From Gammaproteobacteria bacterium (GTDB lineage: Bacteria; Pseudomonadota; Gammaproteobacteria; Ga0077536), in the NCBI GenBank assembly GCA_963662545.2, contig CAXXLL010000003.1, forward strand, positions 1,280,001 through 1,344,000: 64,000 nucleotides of DNA, in the 5' to 3' direction. Of the stretch, positions 28,494 to 39,212 are shown piece after piece. A program made the translations under genes and the position numbers. Every line of letters begins with the position of its first letter. Position 1 is the first letter of the stretch. Under the pieces are notes generated by a model that was not told the origin of the DNA, ran no database searches, and saw only the letters and a list, made by a program, of their open reading frames with translations.

Positions 28494-31135
28494 TTCAAGG
28501 TCCGCGAAACTACCTCATAACTGTCTTTTGACAAGCCCGAGGTATCGCGAATGCGTTCGAGCGCTCGCCGTGCGTGTTCCTGTCTCGCGTCATCGAATTT
28601 ACGCCAGCGATCAAAAGCGCGCGTAAGCCGCGCTGCCAGCTGCGCGTTGACGGCATCGAGTGCGATAACCTGATCGGCGGCGAACGCGTAGCCCGATCCG
28701 TCGGCCGTGTGGAAGCGCGCATGGTTACCGTGACAGAAAGCGCCAACGACCGCACGAATGCGATTGGGGTTAGTACCGTCGTAAGCGGGGTGCTGCATCA
28801 GGCGGCGCACTTCATCGAGCGTTCCCGGCAGCCGCGATCGCGCCTGCACGGAAAACCATTTGTCGATGACCAGCGTCTCGTCGCGCCACTTTTCGTAAAA
28901 CTCGGCCAGTGCTTCGATGCGCTCCGGACAGTCGTAATCCGCGAGAGTGCCCAGGGCTGCCATTGCATCGGTCATATTGTCCGCCGTATTGAGCTGCGCC
29001 AACGCCCGGGTCTGAATCTCGTGCGTTTCGAGTTCCATCAGGTAGGACAGACACTGGTTGCGCAGGCTGCGGCGGCCGGCTGACTCTGCGTCCGGACTGT
29101 ATTCGCCCGCGACGACGTACGCTGCATAGGCCGCCTCGAGTTCCGCTTCGAGACACCGCGCCAGGTGGCCGCGAAGCTTGGTCCGTACCGCGACTATCGC
29201 CTCCGGATCCACTTCCTCGAGTTGTTCGGCCAGATAATCGGCACCCGGCAGTGCCAGCGCTTCGGCCGTAAACGCCGGATCTTCGCCGCCGTCGGCCAAC
29301 ACCCGTGCGAAGGCGTCGACGAAGGCCTGGGGGATCTCCGGTTCACACTGCGAGCGGTAAGCCTCGATGCCACGCAACAGGACATCGAGTGCCAGGCGCT
29401 GGCCGGCTTCCCAGCGGTTAAAGGGATCGCTGTCGTGTGCCATCAAGTGAGCGAGTTCCGCATCGCTGTAATCGAAGCGCAAGATGACGGGCGCCGAAAA
29501 TCCGCGCAGCAACGACGGTACCGGAGGCTCCGGTATGTTGATGAACGTCAGGCGGGCTGTGTCATGGGTCAGGGTGAACACGCGCGTCGTGCCCTGCGCT
29601 TCCGTATCACCGGCCAGCTGCAGCGGCAGATCATGTCCCGCACGGTCGACGAGCCCGAGCGCGATGGGAATGTGGAACGGCGCTTTCTCATCCTGTCCCG
29701 GCGTGGGCGGGCAGGACTGTTCGAGTTCAAGCACGTATTGCTTTTCTACCGCGTCGTATTTACCGCGCGCGCTCACGACCGGTGTCCCACCCTGGTCATA
29801 CCACCGCTGAAATGGGCCGAGATTAACACCCGAGGCATCCTGCATCGCGCTCACAAATTCCTCGGTACGCACCGCCTCGCCGTCGTGCCGCTCGAAATAG
29901 AGATCCATACCCCGACGAAAACTTGCCGCGCCCAGCAGCGTGTGGATCATGCGCACTACCTCGGCGCCCTTGTTGTAGACGGTCGCGGTATAGAAATTGC
30001 TGATCTCGATATAGGCATCGGGACGTACCGGATGGGCCATGGGCCCGGCGTCTTCCGGGAACTGTCCGGCGCGCAGGCCGCGCACTTCCTGAATGCGTTG
30101 AACCGCCTCGGAGTAACGGTCGCCGCCATACTGCTGATCGCGGAACACGGTGAGACCTTCCTTGAGGCTGAGCTGAAACCAGTCGCGGCAGGTGACCCGG
30201 TTGCCGGTCCAATTGTGGAAGTATTCATGCGCGATCACACGGTCGAGCATCATGAAATCGAAGTCGGTCGCGGTGTCGGCGCGCGCCAGCACGTATTTCG
30301 TGTTGAAGATGTTGAGTCCCTTGTTCTCCATCGCGCCCATGTTGAAATCGCTGACTGCGACGATCATGTACTGGTCCAGATCGAGTTCCAGGCCGAAGAC
30401 GTCTTCGTCCCATTTCATCGCGGACTTGAGCGCATTCATGGCGAACGTGCATTGATCGAGCTTGCCCGGCTCGACATATACCAGGAGCTTGACCTGCCGG
30501 CCCGAAGCGGTAGCGAAGTCGTCCTCCAGACAGTCGAGGCGGGCCGCTACCATTGCGAACAGATAGCAAGGTTTCGGAAAGGGATCGACCCAGCGCGCCC
30601 AGTGCCGCCCGTCTTCGTCGTCGCCCTCGGTCTCGAGGTTGCCGTTGGAGAGTAGCAGCGGACAACTGTCCCGTTCGGCATGGATGGTGGTCGTATAACG
30701 TGACATTACATCGGGCCGGTCGATGAAAAACGTGATGCGGCGAAAGCCTTCCGCTTCGCATTGGGTAAAGTACCCGTCGCGTGAGGCGTAAAGGCCCATC
30801 AACTGGGTGTTCTCGTCCGGGCGGATAAGCACCTCGGTTTCAAAGATGAAGGCGTCCGGAACTTCGGCGATCCGTAGATATTCCCGGTTGAGATCATAGT
30901 CGGCCGCCTGCAGTCTACGGCCATCGATGGACACGGCGACGAGTTCGAGTTCTTCACCGTCCAGCGACAGCGGCGCACTTGCGTCCACGGCCTTGGGATT
31001 GCGCGACATCGCAAGCGAAGCCTTGACGACGGTGTGGTTTTCGCGGATATCGATGTCGAGATCGACGCTGGAGATCAGAAACGGCGGCGGTGTGTAGTCC
31101 CTGAGATAGACTGTGATCGGTGCCGGGTTCAGCAT
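28490..31135 (-). CDS. pepN: Aminopeptidase N
   Basis: TQCEAEGFRRIT, GAMENKGLNIFN, HEYFHNWTGNRVTCRDWFQLSLKEG. Confidence 0.98.
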   Translation of the reverse strand: MLNPAPITVYLRDYTPPPFLISSVDLDIDIRENHTVVKASLAMSRNPKAVDASAPLSLDGEELELVAVSIDGRRLQAADYDLNREYLRIAEVPDAFIFETEVLIRPDENTQLMGLYASRDGYFTQCEAEGFRRITFFIDRPDVMSRYTTTIHAERDSCPLLLSNGNLETEGDDEDGRHWARWVDPFPKPCYLFAMVAARLDCLEDDFATASGRQVKLLVYVEPGKLDQCTFAMNALKSAMKWDEDVFGLELDLDQYMIVAVSDFNMGAMENKGLNIFNTKYVLARADTATDFDFMMLDRVIAHEYFHNWTGNRVTCRDWFQLSLKEGLTVFRDQQYGGDRYSEAVQRIQEVRGLRAGQFPEDAGPMAHPVRPDAYIEISNFYTATVYNKGAEVVRMIHTLLGAASFRRGMDLYFERHDGEAVRTEEFVSAMQDASGVNLGPFQRWYDQGGTPVVSARGKYDAVEKQYVLELEQSCPPTPGQDEKAPFHIPIALGLVDRAGHDLPLQLAGDTEAQGTTRVFTLTHDTARLTFINIPEPPVPSLLRGFSAPVILRFDYSDAELAHLMAHDSDPFNRWEAGQRLALDVLLRGIEAYRSQCEPEIPQAFVDAFARVLADGGEDPAFTAEALALPGADYLAEQLEEVDPEAIVAVRTKLRGHLARCLEAELEAAYAAYVVAGEYSPDAESAGRRSLRNQCLSYLMELETHEIQTRALAQLNTADNMTDAMAALGTLADYDCPERIEALAEFYEKWRDETLVIDKWFSVQARSRLPGTLDEVRRLMQHPAYDGTNPNRIRAVVGAFCHGNHARFHTADGSGYAFAADQVIALDAVNAQLAARLTRAFDRWRKFDDARQEHARRALERIRDTSGLSKDSYEVVSRTLN

Positions 31136-31188
31136 GCGGCCTATTCTATGCGCAAAGCACGCTGGTCCAGGAATGATTGTTCAACGCA

Positions 31189-31210
31189 TCGCCCGCAAGC
31201 GGGTTTCTAC
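31189..31210 (-). repeat. GTAG-type REP element
   Basis: TCGCCCGCAAGCGGGTTTCTAC. Confidence 0.7.
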
Positions 31211-31245
31211 GACAGCCTTTGTCGTGTTGGCGAGCTCTTAGGTCA

Positions 31246-31833
31246 TTAGCAATCCTTGCATGCGCCGCGTCCCGCGCGCTTGGCGTAATCGACAACACTG
31301 CCGCGGCGATCGACTTCAATCTCGCAACAACCCAGCAGCGCCTGCTTGAGCCTGGTGCGGCCACGCTGTACGCGTGTTTTCATCGTGGAAGAAGACAAGC
31401 CCAGGCGTGCGGCCGCCGCGGTTTGCGTCAAACCTCCGATTTCGGTCAGCAACAAGGCCTCGCGATACTTTTCGGGCAGCTCACGAATAAACGGGATCAG
31501 GCATTGAGCCAGTTCGGCATGTGATTCGTCGCCGGCCTCAGCGGCCGCGTCTGAATCTATTGGATCGTCGGTGACGCGGGCGAGCATGCGGCGCTCTGCG
31601 GAATGCCGCCGGTAATGATCCGTAATGGCGTTGGTCGCTACGCGCATGATCCACGCCAGGGGTTTGCGTGCGCGTTCCAGATCTCCTCGATGCTGAACCA
31701 GGCGAAGGAGGATATCGCCGACGACATCGTCAGCCGACGAGGTGTCGACGCGTGCGCTAACGTAGGCGCGTAGCCGCGGCTCGAACGCCTGCCAGGGATC
31801 GTCATCGTCAGCCGGGACGGTTCTCACGATCAA
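31246..31833 (-). CDS. sigZ: ECF sigma factor, SigZ-like, with a Cys-rich C-terminus
   Basis: Region 2 AWIMRVATNAITDHYR, region 4 LPEKYREALLL...KTRVQRGR, tail LLGCCEIEVD...ACKDC. Confidence 0.8.
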   Translation of the reverse strand: MIVRTVPADDDDPWQAFEPRLRAYVSARVDTSSADDVVGDILLRLVQHRGDLERARKPLAWIMRVATNAITDHYRRHSAERRMLARVTDDPIDSDAAAEAGDESHAELAQCLIPFIRELPEKYREALLLTEIGGLTQTAAAARLGLSSSTMKTRVQRGRTRLKQALLGCCEIEVDRRGSVVDYAKRAGRGACKDC

Positions 31834-31836
31834 TCC

Positions 31837-32274
31837 TCAGGAACAACAGACACCTTGTGCGCGGTCGGATCCGCCTGCCTGTTCTGCTCGCGCGGCCGGG
31901 CGTTCTTCGATCGGATCGTCGTCGGTGATCCGGTACCACTCCCAGCGCAGCCCCTGCGGCTCATGCGACCAGACTTTGTCCTGTGTCGCGTAGCAGCAGG
32001 TCGGTTCATGCTCCGTTTTCGCAAGCAGGCCAGCCGCAGATAAGCGCCGGGCGGCCGTATCGACTTCTTCAGCGTGAAAGACTTCGACGCCCAAGTGATT
32101 CAGCCGCTCGTGCGCCTCCGGATTTTCTAACAGGACGAGTTTCAGCGGCGGCTCGTCGATCGCGAAGTTGGCGTAGCCGGGTCTCCGTTTATGCGGCTTT
32201 GCATCGAACAGCTTTGAGTAATAGGCGACGGCTTGTTCCAGATCCGCCACGTTCAGCGCTAATTGTAATCGCAT
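31837..32274 (-). CDS. ArsI/CadI family VOC metalloenzyme
   Basis: QLALNV.DL..AV.YYSKLF, RPGYANF, PPLKLVL.EN, LNHLGVEV, TCCYATQDKVW, WEWY. Ends VCCS. Confidence 0.9.
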   Translation of the reverse strand: MRLQLALNVADLEQAVAYYSKLFDAKPHKRRPGYANFAIDEPPLKLVLLENPEAHERLNHLGVEVFHAEEVDTAARRLSAAGLLAKTEHEPTCCYATQDKVWSHEPQGLRWEWYRITDDDPIEERPAARAEQAGGSDRAQGVCCS

Positions 32275-32399
32275 GTTTCTGCTCCTGTTGCTCCATCCAG
32301 TCTATAAGACGCAGCAGCAGGGAAATGGACGCAAAATCTCGATGGATTCCGGGTGATCGTCTGCCGTTAAGTCCTACAGATCTGGCTCCAGATCGCCCG

Positions 32400-32702
32400 T
32401 TAAACCACGATATGTTCTTCGGTAAAGAGGATCGCCAGTTCGGAGGCGCCAAGGGTCGCGCTCTCGCGTGCCACCCCGCCCTCGGCCGTCGAGAAAACCC
32501 GGTCCATCGCTTCGCGCGTTTCGAACCAGACTTCAGCGATGCCATCGAACGCCTGATCCGGTGTGGTGCAAAGATTGATTCGGTATTCCTTTAACCCAGG
32601 CCATTGCTTGACCTTCGGAGCGTGGTCGTTAAGCCACCACGATTTGAATGCCTCGAAATCCATTCCTTCGGGCCTCTTGATAATACCCATGATCTTGTAC
32701 AT
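32400..32702 (-). CDS. EthD-family protein
   Basis: KRPEGMDFEAF..WW...HAP, PGL, FDGIAEVWF. Confidence 0.88.
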   Translation of the reverse strand: MYKIMGIIKRPEGMDFEAFKSWWLNDHAPKVKQWPGLKEYRINLCTTPDQAFDGIAEVWFETREAMDRVFSTAEGGVARESATLGASELAILFTEEHIVV

Positions 32703-32733
32703 TTCGTTCTGTCCTCAAACGTCGCTCATGATC

Positions 32734-33137
32734 TCAACCGGGCGATGCGCCGTCGATCTGGCCATGCAAAGGCCCCTGATGCCAGCAGATCATGGTCCAC
32801 TCGCCCTTGCTCTTGTGCCAGGTCTGGGTGAACCCCATGAAGCGCTGCCGAAATCCGCAGTCCTTCGGCTTGCCACGGAAGGTCGCGTAACCCGATACGA
32901 TGCCGACCGAGCCGCGAGACTGGAATCTGAGTTCGCGCGGGAGCCACGCAAAAGACTCCCAAAGGGAGACGTGGAAGGCGATGTGATCGATGAAATCGCC
33001 TTGTTGAAACGCCAGGGAATGTCCTCGTCGAAGATCACGATGTCCTCGTCCATGACTGCGTATACACCGTCGAGATCACCCCGGTTTAGCGCGTCGCGCC
33101 AGCCGTAGAAAAAGGCTTCGAATTCCTTAGCAGCCAT
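32734..33137 (-). pseudogene. SnoaL/NTF2-like (DUF4440) gene with a 1-bp frameshift near 32997
   Basis: MAAKEFEAFFYGWRDALNRGDLD...WRFNKA continues in another frame as DFIDHIAFH...GYATFRGKPK...FTQTW...WTMICWHQ...SPG*. The span is 404 bp, one short of a codon multiple. Confidence 0.8.
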
Positions 33138-33340
33138 TATCTGTGCTCCTGTGTGTCTGTCTACCATCCTATGGTACACGGCTCCGGTATCAGTCTGAGC
33201 CGCGCTGCGGCGGCGGCCTGGTCTAGGCCCTTGTCAGGCGGGGTCATCGTCTGCCATATAGACTTGTATACTTTCGTGCACGCGTTGCCGGTATGCTTTG
33301 CGACTGGGACAGCCCACCTCACGAACGAGAAGCAGCGAAC

Positions 33341-33697
33341 ATGGATCAGAAATACCGCCGCAAGGTGATGACGAACCTCATCATCGGCGCGCCCCTCAAT
33401 CCGACGAAGAAAAACCGGCTTAAACTCCTGTCGAAGATGCTGTCTGATCTCGAAGAGGTCCGCGAAGCGCACCTGCCGCAGGTGAATCAACTGGGGTCGA
33501 ACAAACCGCCGGAACTGATATTTTTCGTGGTTATCGATCCGGAATCGGCAATACCCGGCGTGATGGAGAAGATTGATGCACGCTTGAAGGACGTTTTGCG
33601 CGCCGACGAGAAACTGGAGGTTCGCCCGCTCCTCAAGGATCACGAGCTGCTGCCGGCGATCAGGAATGCCGAGTGCGTGGTCGGCTGGCGCGACTAA
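33341..33697 (+). CDS. Hypothetical protein (118 aa)
   Basis: ATG start, GC3-biased codons, and it fills the gap between recognisable genes. No motif recognised. Confidence 0.65.
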   Translation: MDQKYRRKVMTNLIIGAPLNPTKKNRLKLLSKMLSDLEEVREAHLPQVNQLGSNKPPELIFFVVIDPESAIPGVMEKIDARLKDVLRADEKLEVRPLLKDHELLPAIRNAECVVGWRD

Positions 33698-33819
33698 TTT
33701 CCCGCGCGACCACGTTTTTCATTCGCGATCGACTGCGCCCCTGGATAGCTCGCCACCCATTTGCTAGGGTTGCGGGTGACCCCGAAGAATAGCAATTTCA
33801 GCCCTGCGGGAGGTACGCA

Positions 33820-35262
33820 ATGAGTATTTCGGAATACGGTGATCTCGACGGTATCGCGCTGGCTCAATTGGTGGCCAAAGGCGAAGTGACGGCCCTGGAA
33901 CTCGTCGAGGAAGCGATCACACGCGTCGAGGCAGTCAATCCCAAGCTCAATGCGGTCGTCTATGAAATGTACGACCATGCGCGCGAACTCGCGGGCGGCA
34001 CCTTACCGGCCGGCAGCTTCGCCGGCGTGCCCTTTCTACTCAAGGACATGACTTCGCATTACGCCGGCACCCCCACCACGCACGGCTGTAAATTCCTCGC
34101 GGACATCGGCCCGTCGGACTACGACACGGAAATCGTCAAGCGCTTCAAGAAAGCCGGCCTCGTCACCGTAGGCAGAACCAGTACACCGGAGCTCGCCTTG
34201 AGCGCGACGACGGAACCGAGCTTTCGCGGCCCGTGCCGCAATCCCTGGGATCCTGATCGCACGACCGGCGGCTCCAGCGGCGGCAGTGCCGCCTCGGTCG
34301 CCGCCCGCGTGGTCCCGATCGCGCACGGCGGCGACGGCGGCGGATCGCTGCGTATGCCGGGCTCGTGCTGCGGCATCGTCGGCTTCAAACCGTCGCGCAT
34401 GCGCACGCCGCACGGCCCGGACATCAGTTCGATCTGGGAATCCTGCTGCGGTGAATTCGTCATGAGCCGCTCGGTGCGCGATTCGGCGTATATGCTGGAT
34501 GCGGTCGCGGGTCAGGATGTCGGCGCCTACTATTCAGCGCCGGCTCAGGAACGGCCGTTCCGGGAAGAGATTGAATCCGATCCGGCGCCGCTCAAAATCG
34601 CATACTCGACCGGCGGCCCCGCAGACTACGACACCCATCCGGATTGCATCGCCGCGGTGGAGAACGCGGCGAAGCTCTGCGCGGATCTCGGTCATCATGT
34701 CGAACAGGCCTGCCCGCGACTGCCGGATGCCTTGATGGAAGCTATGGGCGAAGCCTTCCTCGGCGCGCTCGCCATCGAGACCGCCCGCGACGTCGATGAA
34801 TTGGCTGAACTGGTCGGCCGGACGGCGACCGCCGACGACTTCGAACCCGCCAACTGGTCGTATGTCGAATACGGACGCGGCTTTTCAGGTACCGATGCCG
34901 TGCGCTTTAGGCGCGTCCTGCACGAGGTCGCGCGCACAATCGGACCGTTCTTCGAGGATTACGACGTTTATCTCTCGCCGACACTCGGCAAGCCACCCGT
35001 CCCCATCGGTGAGATCGATCCGAAGATCCCGGACTGGAATGAATACTTCGGCATCATGTTCGACTTCATGCCGTTCACCGCCCTGTTCAATATCACGGGC
35101 GCGGCAGGCGTGTCGCTACCGCTGTGGTGGAACGAGGGAGATCTGCCGATCGGCTCCCAGTTCGTGACTCGCATGGGCCGCGACGGGTTGTTGCTCCAGC
35201 TCAGCGCGCAGCTCGAACGCGCGCAGCCGTGGGCGGACCGGCGGCCGCAGATTTGCAGCTGA
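33820..35262 (+). CDS. Amidase signature family enzyme
   Basis: GVPFLLKD, GGSSGGSAA, DGGGSLRMPGSCCG. Confidence 0.95.
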   Translation: MSISEYGDLDGIALAQLVAKGEVTALELVEEAITRVEAVNPKLNAVVYEMYDHARELAGGTLPAGSFAGVPFLLKDMTSHYAGTPTTHGCKFLADIGPSDYDTEIVKRFKKAGLVTVGRTSTPELALSATTEPSFRGPCRNPWDPDRTTGGSSGGSAASVAARVVPIAHGGDGGGSLRMPGSCCGIVGFKPSRMRTPHGPDISSIWESCCGEFVMSRSVRDSAYMLDAVAGQDVGAYYSAPAQERPFREEIESDPAPLKIAYSTGGPADYDTHPDCIAAVENAAKLCADLGHHVEQACPRLPDALMEAMGEAFLGALAIETARDVDELAELVGRTATADDFEPANWSYVEYGRGFSGTDAVRFRRVLHEVARTIGPFFEDYDVYLSPTLGKPPVPIGEIDPKIPDWNEYFGIMFDFMPFTALFNITGAAGVSLPLWWNEGDLPIGSQFVTRMGRDGLLLQLSAQLERAQPWADRRPQICS

Positions 35263-35339
35263 AGCGACTGCGAAGGGCGGGGGGAATTTTGCCCGCTCCC
35301 GGGAAGCCTCGTCGACCGTCTCGGCCGACGGGCCGAGAA

Positions 35340-35483
35340 AAACACCTCCGGGCCGGCGCTGTAGAACCTCAAATCGCGGTTGACATCGACGTCGGCGCCC
35401 TTCTTATCAGCATATTCGTAGCTCGCCAGGAACGTCACGAACCACAAACCCCGATGCGTCATGCTGACGCGGTAGCGATCCTC
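35340..35483 (-). pseudogene. Orphan ~48-codon fragment of a paralogous MtrB/PioB-type porin gene
   Basis: EDRYRVSMTHRGLWFVTFLASYEYADKKGADVDVNRDLRFYSAGPEVF aligns without gaps to EERYRVSVTNRGLWFATFLVSYEFADKKGDDFDVTRDFRFYSVGPPDF at about 37537-37680. Confidence 0.85.
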
Positions 35484-35892
35484 TTTAAGTCTCTATCTTG
35501 TCGCCGCGTTCAACGTAACGCTTTCGACATAAATTCGGTGATTCAAGAGTTTATGCGGGGATCTTTAGAGGATATGTCATTTTCTCGATTCGACCGCGCG
35601 TATCGGTCGCTTTGTCGTGCCTGCGAACCCTAATGAACCAGCCTTTATGGGCTGGGAACCTACCTACTGTCAGATTAGTGCCTGAGACGCTGGATCACGA
35701 GAAATTATGAGAGTTCTTGAATGTGGGTGCGGGACGGGGCGCGACCAACTGTTAACATATGTCATTAATCCGACGCGCAACGTGATTCGAGACGGCGTCC
35801 TGCGCTAGTCTTATGGGTACCCGTGATAATTTGGGCTGGCAGTCATCGGTTCCAAAGATGACAAAGCCAAGAATCCGAAAAGGAAGGAACAC

Positions 35893-36619
35893 ATGAAATC
35901 ACGCAGCCTGGTACCTTTGCTTACGCTGATTTTGGGCACGTTTTTGACGGTGCGGGCGTTCGCGATATCAGTAGCTTCGCTAGACGACTTTCAGACCGGC
36001 ACCGTTGAAGGTTGGATGACGATGATCGGTCCGGCGCACGCGGTGCCGGCCAACAAAGGACCGCTAGGGGCCGGTGATTTCGCGCTCTTCGTCACGACCA
36101 CTGCAGCCGGCCCCGGCTCAAACTTGGCCACGACGAATACCACGGCTGAATGGACGGGTAACTACATCACCGCCGGTGTCGCGGGGATCATGGTCGATGC
36201 CCGCAATGTAAATGGCGCCAGCGGCAACTTTCCCATTGTGTTTGATATTGATTTAAGGCTTTCGGTGAACGGGGCAGGTGGTGCATTTTCGACTGCGGCG
36301 GCGCATATCCTGCCGAATGGGCCGTCGCCTTGGCAAACGTTACTGCTGTTCGATCTCAACACGCTGGTTCCCATTACGGACGCCGCGCCGGGGGGAGGCG
36401 GATCTATCGGGTTTGATCTTTCCGCGACCCTCGGCAACGTTAGCGAGATCCGGCTCGTGCACAACCCTGCGCCGGCCTGGCGCGGCCTTGCCGTTAACCT
36501 TGCGTTTAGACAATATCACGGCGGTCGCTGGTGTGCTCGTGCCGATTCCAGCGTCCCTACCTTTGCTCCTCTCCGCTGTCGCCGGGCTCGGTTTTGTCAC
36601 GAGACGCGCACGCGCATAA
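35893..36619 (+). pseudogene. Exported VPLPA/PEP-CTERM-type sorting-signal protein with a frameshift near 36498
   Basis: Sec signal ending AFA. The sorting tail LDNITAVAGVLVPIPASLPLLLSAVAGLGFVTRRARA* lies in a different frame from the N-terminal ORF. Confidence 0.8.
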
Positions 36620-36646
36620 CTGCACTTTAAAGAACCTTACGAATTT

Positions 36647-36678
36647 AAGACCCGGCCTTGAGCCGGGTCTTTATTTTG
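36647..36678. terminator. Rho-independent terminator between convergent genes
   Basis: AAGACCCGGC-CTTGA-GCCGGGTCTT followed by TTATTTT. Confidence 0.75.
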
Positions 36679-36681
36679 GAA

Positions 36682-39204
36682 TCAGAATCGATAGCGGACG
36701 GTGGCGCCAAAAGTGCTTGCAGTGAAATCCTTGTCGCCGTGACCGAGCATCAGCAGGTGGCCGATGCGGGGTTTCAGGCCGCTGAGCTGGTAGTTGTCAA
36801 ACGTCGAGTACTGGTAACGGAAGAACAACCGCACCGCCCACTGGACGCTCGCCTCGTAGAGTAGGCTGCCCTCGATAATGCGATCGGTGTTCTGCAGATC
36901 GGGAAAGTCAGTGCCGACCTCTTCCCCCGTAAGACCAGCGGCTAAGGCACCATCGGATTCGAAGCTGTAATCGCGCTGTTCATTCGAGTGTAAATAGACG
37001 CCGTGCAGGTCGAGAGTCAGGCGGTCCCCTACTTGCATCTCAATGTCGAAGCCCAGCGTCCACGTCGTCGCTTCCGACTTCATCTGCCACGCGTTTTCGA
37101 ACGGATACACCGCGTCGGTCGACACGACGAACGGCGGGAAGGCCAGCGGGAAAACCGGGAAGCCCGCCTCGAAATCCTGCGGATCAAAATTATCGATGGT
37201 CGTCAAATTGAAGGGGGCGCGGAGCCTGATCCCGTTGATAGACCGCATCTGGCGCTAGCGCGCCTCAATGCTGGCGTAGGCGCTGGCGTTCAACTTGGGC
37301 GACGGCTGAAAGGCTAATTCGATATTGCCCTCACCCGAGCGATTGAAATCGAGGCCGAATTGCGCGTCGTAATCGTTGTCGATGAAGCGCGCGCTGGCCG
37401 AAACGTCGCCGATTTCGCCAACCGCCGCGTTGACGCGGGCGTTGATGATCTTTTGCTTGCGATCAGCCAGGTCGAACTGACGGAGTTCCGCGAGCGAGCG
37501 CAGGGGAGTTGCCGACAGAACCAGAAAGGGCAGCGCGAAATCGGGCGGGCCGACACTGTAGAACCGGAAGTCGCGGGTCACGTCGAAGTCGTCGCCCTTC
37601 TTGTCCGCAAATTCGTAGCTGACCAGAAACGTCGCGAACCATAAACCCCTGTTGGTGACGCTGACCCGGTAGCGTTCCTCTTCCGTTTTCTTTCGGGCCC
37701 GGTGGTCGCGCTCGAAGGTTTCACGCTCGTATTCGAACTCGACTGTGGTGCGCCAGCCGGGGTGCACAACGGCACCTCCCTTGAGGTTCCACTTGTCGTA
37801 ACCGTAGGGAATCGATTTGTAGCGGGGGATTGTAAAGAACGCCCTGAAGAAGCCGTCCTCAGGAAGGTAGCCGAAGAAATCGAGGGCGGGATTAAACGCT
37901 TCGTAATTCGTATCGCTGTCGCGATCGTAGTAGCGTAACTCGCCCTTTAGCCGAAGCTGGCGGAATGGGCGGAACTGGAGGCGCGAATGCGACAGGAAGG
38001 TCCTGACCTCGGCCCGCGCCGTCGGTTTGCCGAGCGCGGCGTCGGGATCGGGCCAGAACGGCGCAGCCGGGTTGACCGGCGGCGCGAGTAAGACCTCGTC
38101 CTGCTCGGCCCGGCTATACGAGACGGAGGTCGTGAAGCGCCCGGAGAACGGCACAATGAAACCGAGGTCGCCCTTTAGAGTGTGCCAGCGATTGTCGGGA
38201 TCGAGTGCAAGCTGGCCCACCTCGCTGCCGCTGAACGCAAAGGGGTTCTCCCAGCGCAGGGCTTCGTTGTCGTTGTCGAAGTAGGAAAAACCGTAGGAAA
38301 GGTTGAGCTGGAGCCACGGGTGTGCGAGTTGCAGACCCGCTGTCAGGTTCTGCGTCGTGTAGTCGACCGGCTCGATGGTCTCGATTACGCTCCCCGCGCC
38401 AGGAGACGGAAACGCGAACGCGAGTGACCCGCTCGACGGCTTCTCGCCCTTGCGCTCCTCAATGCGGTACTCGGCGAACAACCGCAGGATGCGAAACGGC
38501 TTAGCCTCGACCTCGATCCGGCCGCGCTCGCGTTTGACCAAGAGGCGTCGGAATGGCAGCTCGGCGAGCACCGCGTCGATCTCGGCGTCAGTGCTGGCGC
38601 CGGGCACAAGTTCGGGAGGCAGCCGCAGGCTGCTTGTGCCGATCCCTTCGTAAAGGCTCGTCGCGTCGTTCATCAGGCGATGGGGGATCTCGTCGTACGA
38701 GCCGCGCACGCGCAGCCAACCGAGAATCCCGGCCTCCACCGTATAATGCTGGTCGTCGCGCTTGACCGCGCCGCCGTCGATGTGCGCGTAGGCACCGTGT
38801 TCACCGCCACGCAGATCGACGAAGAAGTCATTTAGCACAAGGCTCGGACTGCGATCGAGGTAATCGTCCCAGTAGGCGCGGCGCGTGTCGTTGCCATTGT
38901 TGAAAAGCCCGAGTTCGAACGACCCGCGCGCGAGCAAGCCTTCACTCAGTACCGTGTAGTCCGGCGGCGCGAACGGAAATGGGTAGAGCGTGCCCGTAGG
39001 CGTGCGCCGGCGCGTCGGTCGATACAAGCTCAGACCGCGCGGATCGAGGCTGCGCGAGGCCTCGAGCGAGCGCACATTGATGCGCGTGCCCTCGCCCTCT
39101 CCGGCTGCGGCGGCGGCGAGCGCGATCGTGGCGAGCAGCACGGTCGCACGGAGGCCTCGACGCTTCGCCCCTCCCGGTGGCACCGGCGCAGGGTGTTCAA
39201 TCAT
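36682..39204 (-). pseudogene. mtrB: MtrB/PioB-family decaheme-associated outer-membrane porin interrupted by one in-frame TAG (37255-37257)
   Basis: ORFs 37255-39204 and 36682-37248 share a frame (...EAR*RQMRS...). IEPVDYTT, S.FDND..AL.W.NPF and L.PDN motifs. C-terminal beta-signal VRYRF. Lies directly after the decaheme cytochrome gene. Confidence 0.85.
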
Positions 39205-39212
39205 CGTTCACC

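Noticed and set aside
29165-30655. Long antisense ORFs (also 16885-17961, 48221-49225 and 52792-53754)
   Set aside because: Shadow frames of well-supported genes in GC-rich DNA.
37255-37257. Pyrrolysine or an alternative genetic code
   Set aside because: Other genes in the window end normally at TAG (e.g. the histidine kinase, azoR and the acxA-like gene), and no pyl genes are present.
35340-37680. Diversity-generating retroelement TR/VR pair
   Set aside because: Mismatches involve all four bases rather than template adenines, and no reverse transcriptase is present.
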